From contig CAWAXX010000017.1 in NCBI GenBank assembly GCA_963786105.1, positions 96,001 through 160,000 on the forward strand: DNA of 64,000 nucleotides, given 5' to 3'. The notes below the pieces were generated by a model. The model saw only the letters and a list, made by a program, of their open reading frames with translations. It was not told the DNA's origin and ran no database searches. Positions 30,518 to 39,375 of the stretch are shown here, one piece after another; the stretch's first letter is position 1; every line of letters begins with the position of its first letter. Source of the stretch: Vulcanimicrobiota bacterium. GTDB taxonomy: Bacteria; Vulcanimicrobiota; Vulcanimicrobiia; Vulcanimicrobiales; Vulcanimicrobiaceae. A program made the position numbers and the translations under genes.

Positions 30518-30817
30518 GCCCGCAGCCGTAAGCTTGCGTACGCGCGACTTGTGGCGGCGGACGGCAAGCAGCCACGCCCCGAGTGAAAGGGCGACAATGA
30601 GGACTTCCCACTCAACGTAGCGAGGCACGAGCTGCCGCCTGCGCTGTACGGTCATTCGTTCCCACTGCTGTGTTGAAAAGCCGGGGTTGCTGGCGTTCAT
30701 GGCCTGCCGATATTCGTAGAGATCGAAGAGCGAGCAGACCACCGCGAAGATCACGATGATCCAGCCGACGATCTTGAGCCGCGCGTACTCCCTGCGCAGC
30801 ATCTCTTTGCCTTGCAT
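30512..30817 (-). CDS. Small two-TM membrane protein
   Basis: Two hydrophobic segments; start uncertain (the track's ATG at 30859 lies inside the IS). Confidence 0.5.
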   Translation of the reverse strand: MQGKEMLRREYARLKIVGWIIVIFAVVCSLFDLYEYRQAMNASNPGFSTQQWERMTVQRRRQLVPRYVEWEVLIVALSLGAWLLAVRRHKSRVRKLTAAGS

Positions 30818-30869
30818 GCGTCCTGACTTTTCGTGCAAGTGCCGCTGTGTCATCCTCATATCATGAGAG

Positions 30870-31045
30870 GTAGGGGATAGCTTTAAAGACTATCCCCTAC
30901 GCGGTGTCAGAGCGCCGTTGTCAGCCTTGGGCCGTTGAGCCCGCCGCTCAGATCGGCGCTCGCACCAACTTTCCTAGCGAACCAGATCGAACGGTATCGT
31001 GGGTCGCTGAACCCGAATGTATGAGGTCGATCACCGGTTCGCTAC
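30870..31045 (+). ncRNA. Bridge RNA of the IS110 element
   Basis: 5' hairpin 30870-30900; target-binding loop 30910-30961; donor-binding loop 30975-31044; guides match the element's own flanks and ends. Confidence 0.88.
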
Positions 31046-31069
31046 ATCGTTGGAAGGGAGATTTCCTCG

Positions 31070-32017
31070 GTGGACGTGCTTGGGATCGACGTTTCAAAGG
31101 CCGACTTTCATGCCTGCTTGATTCAGGGGTCGAAGCGCAGCCGCAAAAGCTTCCCCAACGCCGTTGCCGGATACCGGCAGCTGCGCAGCTGGATGAAGAA
31201 TCGGCAGACCTCCAAGGTACACGCGTGCATGGAGGCGACCGGTGCCTACTGGATGGGCTTGGCAACGGCCCTCTACGATGCCGGCTTGGTCGTCAGTGTG
31301 GTCAATCCAAACCGCACGGTGATGTTCGCACGCAGCCAGTTGCTGCGCACGAAGACCGACCAAGTCGACGCGGAGATGATTGCGGAGTTTTGTAAAACGC
31401 AAAAGCCAACTCCGTGGAGTCCTCCGCCAGCGGAAATCCTTGAACTCCGCGGGCTTTTAAGCTATCGCCACCATCTGGTGAAGGAGAAACTTCGCCTGCG
31501 GCAAGTCGCCAGCCAGATTTATGTTGGCCGCGAGCTCAAGAAGTTGCACGCTCAACAGCTGAAAACCCACGAGCAAACCATCGCCGCTCTCGAGCGCCAA
31601 CTGCGCTCGTTCTTAAAGACCCACCAAGCTCTGTCCAAGGCCGTTGACCGCTTGACCGCCGTTTCCGGTATTGGATTGCTGACGGCTCTAGCGATCGTGG
31701 CCAAGCTTCCCGTGGATCGGTTACGCGATGGGAAGGCCGCAGCAGCGTATATTGGCGTTACCCCCAGCGAGCGGCAATCGGGGACGTCGGTGCACGGAAA
31801 ACCACGGATTTGCAAAACCGGCAACGGCAGCTTGCGCCGGGACCTCTACATGCCTGCAGCTGTCGCTATGCGACATAACCCGATCCTCAAGTCTTTTTCC
31901 GAGCGTTTGAAGGCAACGGGCAAACCACCCAAGGTTATCCTCATTGCCGTCATGCGCAAGCTCATCGTTCTCGCCTTCAGCATCCTAAAGCGTGGGCTCA
32001 CGCCCTCCCTCGCCTGA
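31070..32017 (+). CDS. IS110-family DEDD recombinase/transposase
   Basis: GIDVSK, MEATG, KTDQVDA (DEDD); C-terminal QSGTS serine motif; intact 315-aa ORF. Confidence 0.96.
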   Translation: MDVLGIDVSKADFHACLIQGSKRSRKSFPNAVAGYRQLRSWMKNRQTSKVHACMEATGAYWMGLATALYDAGLVVSVVNPNRTVMFARSQLLRTKTDQVDAEMIAEFCKTQKPTPWSPPPAEILELRGLLSYRHHLVKEKLRLRQVASQIYVGRELKKLHAQQLKTHEQTIAALERQLRSFLKTHQALSKAVDRLTAVSGIGLLTALAIVAKLPVDRLRDGKAAAAYIGVTPSERQSGTSVHGKPRICKTGNGSLRRDLYMPAAVAMRHNPILKSFSERLKATGKPPKVILIAVMRKLIVLAFSILKRGLTPSLA

Positions 32018-32049
32018 ACAGCTGAGCCTTGACTTTCAAGTCGGTATCT

Positions 32050-32098
32050 GAGCGGAGTTCCGAAGGCGCGTAGGCGAAGGACGCCTCCGCACAGGATG
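32050..32098. repeat. REP-like palindrome interrupted by the IS110
   Basis: Reconstructed arm CATCCTGAGCGGAG pairs with CTCCGCACAGGATG (32085-32098) with one mismatch. Confidence 0.65.
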
Positions 32099-32441
32099 CG
32101 CGAGCGTCCTAGTTCAGGTGCCTTCCGCAGTCGGCTCTACACCCGCACGTTCGAGGAATTCGAACTCGGCACGGGTGGCGAAATTGTGGCCGGATTCCAG
32201 CAGCACCGTGCGTCGATCGAACGGTAGACGCGGAACTAGCGCCATCGTTACCGCGGTCTAGCCGGCGGAAGGCGCTTCAGCGGTTTGCGAATCGCCTCGC
32301 GGTGTCGCGGCATCGTCCGACGGCCTAACGCGATTCGGACGTCCGAAGACGTCCGCGTTGGCTGCGCTGATTTCGGATCGCCGCGTCGCAGCGTCTAAAG
32401 CCGGGAACAACCGTACGAATGCGTACTTCACGATCGATTTC

Positions 32442-33338
32442 TTATTGCCAGATGCCGGTGATCAGAGGGGCGCTACAGTCGTATTTGATGCACGGCAGGC
32501 CGAATATGGATTCGACGGTGTGCAGCACCGCATAGTGGTCGAGATTCTGCGCGTCGATGCTGCCTGGCGTAATCATCGGCCCGATGAGAATCGTTGCGAC
32601 TTGGTTGGTGTGATTGCGATCCGGCGCGGCTTCATCGAATGTCACGACGAGCAAGCCGTCGTGCTGACGATTCCAGTTCAGAATGGATGGGAGATTCTGC
32701 GAAAGCCACTTGTCGCCGTGAACGATTCGGCAGTCGTGCATATCGTTGCAGAGATTCGGCGTTATCCAAACTAGTGACGGCGGCGAAGATGGGAATCCGC
32801 GATAGACGAGATTTACGGAGCTGGGTAAGTTCGTGAAATCCACCCAGGGGCTATGCTTGCGAGCGTACTTCGCAGTCTCGCAGCCGGTGTAGCCGTCATG
32901 CGGCATCGATTCGGAATAGCCCGCAAAAGTATCGCCCGCGGCGATGAGTTCGGAGGCTACGTTGGCACTCTTGAACGTCGTCGGGCACGGATCTCCGTGA
33001 ATGCCGTGGGTAGATCCGGAAAAGAGTGCGAGATAGTTCGGCTCGCTAGGATGACCGACGGCATGCATGTCGGTCAAGAGCGCTCCATTCGGAATGAGCG
33101 TGCCGTTGATGTACGGTGCTTCTGCGCTGCCGACGATGCGATCGTAGTCTTTGTTTTCCATCACGACGATCGTCACTTGTGAAGCGTGAGGCGACGAGTT
33201 CGGCGCTGCGTTTTGGGTCGCCATCGTTGAGGCCGAGCCCGGAAGCCCTATGCCGGAGCTGCCGGCGCAGCCGGCTAGCGCGGTTAGCAACGAAAGGGCG
33301 ATAAACGATGAGAACCTAAGCCGAGATGCTCCGGTCAT
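32442..33338 (-). CDS. Phosphoesterase/acid phosphatase lipoprotein
   Basis: VVMENK, HPSEPNYLAL, KHSPW, NDMHD, TFDE; lipobox LAGC. Confidence 0.88.
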   Translation of the reverse strand: MTGASRLRFSSFIALSLLTALAGCAGSSGIGLPGSASTMATQNAAPNSSPHASQVTIVVMENKDYDRIVGSAEAPYINGTLIPNGALLTDMHAVGHPSEPNYLALFSGSTHGIHGDPCPTTFKSANVASELIAAGDTFAGYSESMPHDGYTGCETAKYARKHSPWVDFTNLPSSVNLVYRGFPSSPPSLVWITPNLCNDMHDCRIVHGDKWLSQNLPSILNWNRQHDGLLVVTFDEAAPDRNHTNQVATILIGPMITPGSIDAQNLDHYAVLHTVESIFGLPCIKYDCSAPLITGIWQ

Positions 33339-33374
33339 AGAACTCCACTATACCGGTCGACGTTTAAGTCCGCC

Positions 33375-34265
33375 TTAACCGCTCGCGTACGACCCCGTGC
33401 GCAAATCGTCGAGGATCGTGCCGAGGCCTGGGCGCCAGCCCAGTTGTTCGCGAGCGCGTTGCGAGCTGATGCGCGAGTCCAGGGCGAGCGCGTCGGCAAA
33501 CGCACCCAGCGCCGTTCGGGCATCCTCGAGCGGCCACGAGGTTACGGCGCCTTTTCGGCCGGCGCCCTGACTGGCCGCTTCGGCCATCTCCCGAACCGTG
33601 AACCACGTATCGTCGCCGGCGTTATAGATCGCGCCCGGCGCGGCGCCCTCGATTGCCAATGCGTAGAGTTGCGCCAAATCGTAGCGGTCGATCATCGCCC
33701 AATGATTCGTGCCGTCTCCGACGAAACGCGCCACGCCCGATTCGCGAGCCGACTGTACCAACATAGCCGGAATGCCTCCCCCGGCTCCGTACACGTCGCC
33801 CGGGCGGATCACGACTGCGCGGACGCCGCGAGCGACACCGTCGAGGACCGTTCGTTCGAGTCGCGGGCGATGGGCGACCAGAGGCGTTGGGTTCAGCGCG
33901 GCATCTTCGTCGACTGCTCGCTCCCCGGTGCTTCCGTAAATCCACACGCCGCTCGTGTAGAGCAAAGGCTTATTGCTGCCGGCAAGCGCATCGACCAGCC
34001 CGCGGAGCGCCTCGCTTTCAACGCGAGCCGCGTCGTCGCCGTTGTATTGCACGGCGTAAACGACACCGTCGGACCGTCGTGCGGCAGCGGCCAGCGACGA
34101 CGGCCGGGTTACGTCTCCGTTCGCGGGCTCGACTCCGGCATCGCGCAACTTCCGAGCCGTATCCTCGGTTCGAGCCGAGCCGGCGACTTCATGGCCGTGA
34201 TTGCGAAGAGCTTTTGCGATGGCGGATCCGACGTAGCCGCTCGCCCCGACGACGAAAAATCGCAT
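33375..34265 (-). CDS. NAD-dependent epimerase/dehydratase (extended SDR)
   Basis: GASGYVG, YTSGVWIYG, IRPGDVYG. Confidence 0.9.
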   Translation of the reverse strand: MRFFVVGASGYVGSAIAKALRNHGHEVAGSARTEDTARKLRDAGVEPANGDVTRPSSLAAAARRSDGVVYAVQYNGDDAARVESEALRGLVDALAGSNKPLLYTSGVWIYGSTGERAVDEDAALNPTPLVAHRPRLERTVLDGVARGVRAVVIRPGDVYGAGGGIPAMLVQSARESGVARFVGDGTNHWAMIDRYDLAQLYALAIEGAAPGAIYNAGDDTWFTVREMAEAASQGAGRKGAVTSWPLEDARTALGAFADALALDSRISSQRAREQLGWRPGLGTILDDLRTGSYASG

Positions 34266-34318
34266 GGTTGCGCACCTCCGTCGCAGAAAACCGTCGATGG
34301 GCCCGGAGGTTTCACACG

Positions 34319-34774
34319 ATGGTTCTCCTTGCTTTGCACGTTATCGTCGCGTTTGCAGCGGTAGGGTTCTTAGTGGTCCCCGGCGCGATACTGGTGGCGG
34401 CCTCGAAATCGCAGGACGTTCCGTTCATTCGGCGCGTTTTCGCGCTGGGGGCCTTTCACGGGAAGATCGGCGGCCCGCTCGCGATCCTCGCGGGGATTCT
34501 CGGCTTTGCGGTTGCTGGGATTACCCATACGCCCTTAGGGTCGGGATGGTTGATTGCGTCGTACGTTGCGTACGTCTTGGTAGTGATCGTAGGCATCGGC
34601 TACCACGCCCGATGGGAGATTCGGGTGTTTCAAGCGGCGCAAGCATCGCCCGACGGCGAGCCGTCACCCGAGCTTGTGGCGCTCGTCGCCGACCCGATAG
34701 GCGCTCCGATGATGTGGTTGAGCGCTTTCCTGTGGATCGCGATCATCTATCTCATGGTGGCAAGACCGTTCTAA
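34319..34774 (+). CDS. DUF2269-like membrane protein
   Basis: GGAGGT RBS; LALHV..., GWL, C-terminal LMVARPF. Confidence 0.7.
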   Translation: MVLLALHVIVAFAAVGFLVVPGAILVAASKSQDVPFIRRVFALGAFHGKIGGPLAILAGILGFAVAGITHTPLGSGWLIASYVAYVLVVIVGIGYHARWEIRVFQAAQASPDGEPSPELVALVADPIGAPMMWLSAFLWIAIIYLMVARPF

Positions 34775-34838
34775 GGGGGGCGGTGGCCGCGTTCCGGGCG
34801 GCGGGAAGGGAGCCGCCAGGCGTCGTAGATTACAGCCC

Positions 34839-35174
34839 GTGGCTACGTCACGGGGCCCATTTGCACACGCGAGCGAAGCCGAACTCGCACAACTCTTCGA
34901 CTTCTATCGAGTTCCATGGCAATATGAGCCCCGCACATTTCCAATTTGCTGGAACGAGCAAGGACAACCGATCGAGTTCTTCACACCGGATTTTTATCTT
35001 CCAGAGTACGATCTGTACATTGAAGTCACCGTCGCAAAACCCATTCGGAATTCGCGAAAGAACCGGAAGGTACGCTTGCTTCGCTCGAATCATCCGCACG
35101 TCAACGTCAAGCTCTTTACGCGCCGCGACGTCGAACGCGTACTCGCCCGTTCGGCCAAAGCGGTGTCCGCGTGA
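34839..35174 (+). CDS. Small PD-(D/E)XK-like nuclease-fold protein
   Basis: HASE...WQYEP...FTPDFYLPEYDLYIEVT. Confidence 0.6.
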   Translation: MATSRGPFAHASEAELAQLFDFYRVPWQYEPRTFPICWNEQGQPIEFFTPDFYLPEYDLYIEVTVAKPIRNSRKNRKVRLLRSNHPHVNVKLFTRRDVERVLARSAKAVSA

Positions 35175-35683
35175 TCGGCGAGCCGCTCTTCGACTCGGAA
35201 GCGATCGCCGCTCGCGTGGGGGAGATGGGCGCGGGCATTTCGCGGGATTATGCCGGCCACGTTCCGCTCCTGATCGGTCTCTTCAGCGTCTCCACCCCCT
35301 TCCTGGCCGATCTGTCGAGAGCGATTTCAATACCGTGCGAGCTGGACGCTATTTCCGTCAACCGCTACGGCGAGGGCGAGGGAATTGAGCTTGCGAAAGA
35401 CGCGGCTATCCCTCTCGAAGGTCGCCACGTGATTCTGGTCGGCGACACCATCGACACTGGGTTGACGCTGCAGTACGTTCTCAAGCGGGCGTTGGCTCGT
35501 GGACCCGCGTCGCTGTCGGTATGCGTGCTGCTCGACCGCCCGCACCGCAGGATTGCCGACGTCGAAGTCCGGTATCGGGGATTCGAGGCCCCCGACGTCT
35601 ACGTCGTCGGCTACGGCCTCGATTACCTTGGACGCTATCGCGAGTTGCCGGCGCTCTACGCTCATGGAACGTGGCCTCGGTGA
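35171..35683 (+). CDS. Hypoxanthine phosphoribosyltransferase-like protein (divergent)
   Basis: VILVGDTIDTGLT, VVGYGLDY..RYRELP; PRPP-binding ED changed to GD. Confidence 0.8.
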   Translation: MIGEPLFDSEAIAARVGEMGAGISRDYAGHVPLLIGLFSVSTPFLADLSRAISIPCELDAISVNRYGEGEGIELAKDAAIPLEGRHVILVGDTIDTGLTLQYVLKRALARGPASLSVCVLLDRPHRRIADVEVRYRGFEAPDVYVVGYGLDYLGRYRELPALYAHGTWPR

Positions 35684-36996
35684 CGAAGAAAGGCCTGTCC
35701 TCGCTCGCTCTGCTGGTCGCCGTCGTGATGGGCGCGATTCCGCTGCGGTCGCCGGCGCTCGAACTGCACTCCATCGAGCAAGCCGCTGCCGACTATCGCA
35801 GCTCGAACGAACAACTCCAGGAAATGTTTCGCGCGGCGCTGCTCGACACGAGCAAGCTGGCAGAATATGCGCCCGACGGCACCGCTTACGTAAAGACGGG
35901 CGACATTCCGGCCGAGTGGCTGCGCGACGCGAGCGCTCAGTCGCGGCCGTACTTATTCTTCGCCAAGAGCGATCCCGACGTTCGCCGCTTGCTCCAAGCC
36001 ATAACCGCGCGAATGGCCAAGTACTTGCAGATCGATCCCTATGCGAACGCCTACACCTTGGACTATCGCGTTTGGGAGCAGAAGTTCGAGCTGGATTCCC
36101 TCGCGTATCCGACCGCACTCGCGTGGAGTTACTGGAAAACAACCGGCGATGCGTCGATTTTCACGCCGGAATTTTCGAAGATGCTCGACGCCGTTTTGGC
36201 GACCATGCAGCGCGAGCAAGACCACCCACGCAACTCCAGCTACACGCATAAGGAGCTGTTCAACGACGGCAAAGGGCGTCCGGTCGGATACACCGGCATG
36301 ATTTGGACAGGCTTCCGGCCGTCGGACGACGCCTGCTACTACAATTTTCTCATCCCGTCGGAGATGTTCGCGGTGGTTGCGCTGGGCGATATGGCGGAGA
36401 TCGAACGCGACGTTTACCACAACGTCGTGAAAGCGCGTGAGGCGAAGGCGTTGCGCGACGAAGTGCAGCGCGGCATTCAAACCTACGGGCTGGTTCTGGT
36501 ACCGAAATACGGCTACGTGTACGCCTACGAAGTGGACGGGCTGGGCCACGCGATTTTGACCGACGACGCCAACATTCCGAGCCTGCTGTCGGCGCCGTAC
36601 ATCGGGTACACCGGTGCCAACGACCGGTACTACGACAACACTCGCCGCTTCTTGCTCTCGCAAGACAATCCGTCGTTCTACCAGGGCCATCGGGCGCGCG
36701 GTATCGGCAGCTACCATACGCCCGATCACTGGGTCTGGCCGCTGGCGCTAATCGTGCAAGGCATGACCGCGACCAGCAGCGCCGAGAAGCAAGACGTCCT
36801 GACGCAACTGCTGGCCAGCGATCCCGGCGATCACCTTTTGCACGAATCGTTTAATCCGGACGACCCTCGGCAGTTTACCCGGCAGGATTTCGGCTGGCCC
36901 AACGCGCTGTTTTCCGAGTTCGTCATGACGCAGTTCCAAGGCGTCAGCGCGATACCGATGGGCGACACCGGCGACTTGGAGTTCCGCTCTGAGTAG
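35680..36996 (+). CDS. Glycoside hydrolase family 125 (exo-alpha-1,6-mannosidase-like), secreted
   Basis: TGDIPAEWLRDAS, KFELDSL, FRPSDD, DDANIPSLL, HESF. Confidence 0.9.
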   Translation: MTKKGLSSLALLVAVVMGAIPLRSPALELHSIEQAAADYRSSNEQLQEMFRAALLDTSKLAEYAPDGTAYVKTGDIPAEWLRDASAQSRPYLFFAKSDPDVRRLLQAITARMAKYLQIDPYANAYTLDYRVWEQKFELDSLAYPTALAWSYWKTTGDASIFTPEFSKMLDAVLATMQREQDHPRNSSYTHKELFNDGKGRPVGYTGMIWTGFRPSDDACYYNFLIPSEMFAVVALGDMAEIERDVYHNVVKAREAKALRDEVQRGIQTYGLVLVPKYGYVYAYEVDGLGHAILTDDANIPSLLSAPYIGYTGANDRYYDNTRRFLLSQDNPSFYQGHRARGIGSYHTPDHWVWPLALIVQGMTATSSAEKQDVLTQLLASDPGDHLLHESFNPDDPRQFTRQDFGWPNALFSEFVMTQFQGVSAIPMGDTGDLEFRSE

Positions 36997-38257
36997 TTCC
37001 GGCCGCAAAGCCGACGTCGTTGTTGGAATTCAGTGGGGTGACGAAGGGAAAGGGCGGATCGTCGACCTGTACGCCCAGGACTACGACGTCGTGGCACGGT
37101 TCGGCGGCGGCGACAACGCCGGGCATTCGATCGTCGTCGGCGACACGAAGCTCGCCTTACGCATCGTTCCGTCCGGCGCGCTCAACCGGAATGCCGAGCT
37201 GTTCGTCGGCGGCGGAACGGTCGTCAACCCGGCGACCTTGCTCGACGAGATTGCGCGCTTGGCGGCGCTCGGCATCGACGTCGAGCGCATCAAGATTTCG
37301 GATCGCGCGCACCTCGTGCTACCCTATCACGCCGCCGCCGATAGCGCCGCGGAGCGCGCTCGAGGCGCGCACGCGCTCGGAACGACGGGCCGGGGAATAG
37401 GGCCGGCCTACGTCGACAAAGTCGCTCGCGCCGGGATTCTCTTCGCCGACCTCGCGCGGCGTGATATGCTCGCGCAGAAAATTCGCCTGAACCTTGAGCA
37501 ACGCCGGACGTTCCTCAGTTCGGAGGAAGCGCTGCCAAGCGATGGCGACCTCGTCGCGCAAACGCTCGACGCCGCCGAGCGATTGATCCCGCACGTGGTC
37601 GATGGCGTCGGCTACATGCACGAGAAACTGGCCGGCGGTAAACGCGTTCTGATCGAGGGTGCTCAAGGGTCGCTGTTGGACGTGGGCTATGGAACCTATC
37701 CGTACGTCACCAGTTCGCATACGATCGCCGGCGGGGCATGCATCGGCCTGGGCATCGGTCCTACCGCCATCGGTCGCGTTATCGGCATCGTCAAAGCCTA
37801 CTGCACGCGCGTCGGCGCCGGCCCGCTGCCTTCGGAGTTGCACGACGAACGCGGCGAAAAACTTCGCCGCCAAGGCAACGAGTTCGGAACCGTCACCGGG
37901 CGGCCGCGCCGCTGCGGCTGGCTGGATGCGGTTGCCGGCCGTTACGCGGTCGCGCTTAATGGCTTGAGCAGCGCCGTTATCACCAAACTCGACGTGTTGA
38001 CCGGCTTCGAGCGCCTCGGCATCGTCACCGGATACCGTTTGGATGGGAGGCCGGCTGGATTCGCCGACGCGTCGACTCCCGGTTTGGAAGTCGAGGTCGA
38101 AGAGGTTCCCGGATGGATGGAGCCGATCGGTGAATGCCGGCGCATCGCCGATCTTCCCGGCGCGGCGCGCCGCTACGTGGCTCGCGTGCAAGAACTCCTC
38201 GCGACGCCGATCGATTTCGTCTCCGTCGGCCCCGAACGCAGCCAACTAGCGAAATAG
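36989..38257 (+). CDS. purA: Adenylosuccinate synthetase (probable CTG start)
   Basis: In-frame GIQWGDEGKG upstream of the track ORF; GGDNAGH, GTTGRGIGP, EGAQG, RPRRCGW. Confidence 0.96.
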   Translation: MSSSGRKADVVVGIQWGDEGKGRIVDLYAQDYDVVARFGGGDNAGHSIVVGDTKLALRIVPSGALNRNAELFVGGGTVVNPATLLDEIARLAALGIDVERIKISDRAHLVLPYHAAADSAAERARGAHALGTTGRGIGPAYVDKVARAGILFADLARRDMLAQKIRLNLEQRRTFLSSEEALPSDGDLVAQTLDAAERLIPHVVDGVGYMHEKLAGGKRVLIEGAQGSLLDVGYGTYPYVTSSHTIAGGACIGLGIGPTAIGRVIGIVKAYCTRVGAGPLPSELHDERGEKLRRQGNEFGTVTGRPRRCGWLDAVAGRYAVALNGLSSAVITKLDVLTGFERLGIVTGYRLDGRPAGFADASTPGLEVEVEEVPGWMEPIGECRRIADLPGAARRYVARVQELLATPIDFVSVGPERSQLAK

Positions 38258-38280
38258 CGCTGCCGGCGGGACGGTATGTC

Positions 38281-38721
38281 GTGCGGAAGAACGCGTTCGG
38301 TCTCCAGGCGGTGCTCGCGCACCGCAAGCACCTCGAAGATGCGGCGTTCGAGGCGTTCGCCGCTCGACGTCGCACCTTTGAGGCGGCCGCGCTCGAACTC
38401 GCCCTGCGGCACGAGGAGCTTCGCCGGAGCGAGCTCGAGATGCCGGGTGCCGCGGCCGGCGTGAGAGTCGTCGACTTGCAACGGTGCGAAGCACGCCTGT
38501 TGTTTCTACGGCGATTTGTCGAGACGCACGTTCGTGCACTCTCCGATGCGCGCTCAGAACTCGACGCCGCTCGGCAGGCGGCCATCGATGCCCGGACGCA
38601 GCGAAAGCTGATCGACGCGCTGCGCGACCGCAAGATCGCAGCGTTGGCAGCTGCCGAAATGCGCGCTGACCAAACCGAACTCGACGACGCGAACGCGATC
38701 GCGCGTGCCGTTGCAAAATAG
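38281..38721 (+). CDS. FliJ-like coiled-coil protein
   Basis: F.LQ.VL.HRK.LED N-terminus and EMRADQTELDD C-terminus resemble FliJ. Confidence 0.55.
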   Translation: MRKNAFGLQAVLAHRKHLEDAAFEAFAARRRTFEAAALELALRHEELRRSELEMPGAAAGVRVVDLQRCEARLLFLRRFVETHVRALSDARSELDAARQAAIDARTQRKLIDALRDRKIAALAAAEMRADQTELDDANAIARAVAK

Positions 38722-39325
38722 AGTCACGCCGTTCGGCGACATCGTGGCGCTGCCGGGCCGCGGGCTCGTGATGGGAAATCGCGGTATTCTGCACGACGAC
38801 TCTCGACGGATCGTGCGGCCATTCCAGGTGCGGCGGTGGATCGCGTGCCGGACGGAATTCCGCCGCCGCACGCGTTCGATCATGCAGCCGCACTCCTATA
38901 CGGAGTTGTTTTTTCTCGACGAAGCCACCGCATTCGGCGCCGGGCATCGGCCGTGCGCCGAGTGTCGCTACGACGACTACCAACGATTTCGCGGGTTGTG
39001 GCAGACGTGTCACGGCACGCCCGCCAACGCCGACGGCATCGATGCAAAGCTTCACACCGAACGCCTCCACGACCGGAAGAAACGCACCTATCGCGACAAC
39101 CTCGCAGGTCTGCCCGACGGTACGTTCGTAGCGGTGGAGGGCCGTGCGTGGCTGCTCTGGGAAGGCGGCCTGTTCGAATGGTCGGACGGCGCCTATTCGC
39201 TCCGGAGGCGGCGGCCGGCAAGAGGCGAGGTCGACGTGCTAACGCCGCCGTCGATCGTTGCCGTCTTTGCCGCCGGTTACCGGCCTGCCGTTCATCCAGG
39301 AGTTACCGGCGTTCCCTTGGCATAG
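38705..39325 (+). CDS. Conserved hypothetical protein with Ada-like Zn motif
   Basis: GNRG.LH, FLDEATAFGAGHRPCAECR. Confidence 0.7.
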   Translation: MPLQNRVTPFGDIVALPGRGLVMGNRGILHDDSRRIVRPFQVRRWIACRTEFRRRTRSIMQPHSYTELFFLDEATAFGAGHRPCAECRYDDYQRFRGLWQTCHGTPANADGIDAKLHTERLHDRKKRTYRDNLAGLPDGTFVAVEGRAWLLWEGGLFEWSDGAYSLRRRRPARGEVDVLTPPSIVAVFAAGYRPAVHPGVTGVPLA

Positions 39326-39375
39326 CGAGTCGCCGGATGTATGCTTGGTAACCTAACCGTAAAAGGAGGCTCACC

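Larger units (their letters stand above)
30855..32049 (+). mobile_element. Complete IS110-family (IS621-like) insertion sequence bounded by CT cores
   Basis: CT at 30855-30856 and 32048-32049; joined ends form a promoter; ~210-bp structured left end plus recombinase; no TIRs or TSD. Confidence 0.92.

Noticed and set aside
32100..32440. Multi-stem ncRNA downstream of the IS110
   Set aside because: Pairings are short in GC-rich DNA and short ORF remnants explain it equally well; the bridge RNA is already accounted for at the left end
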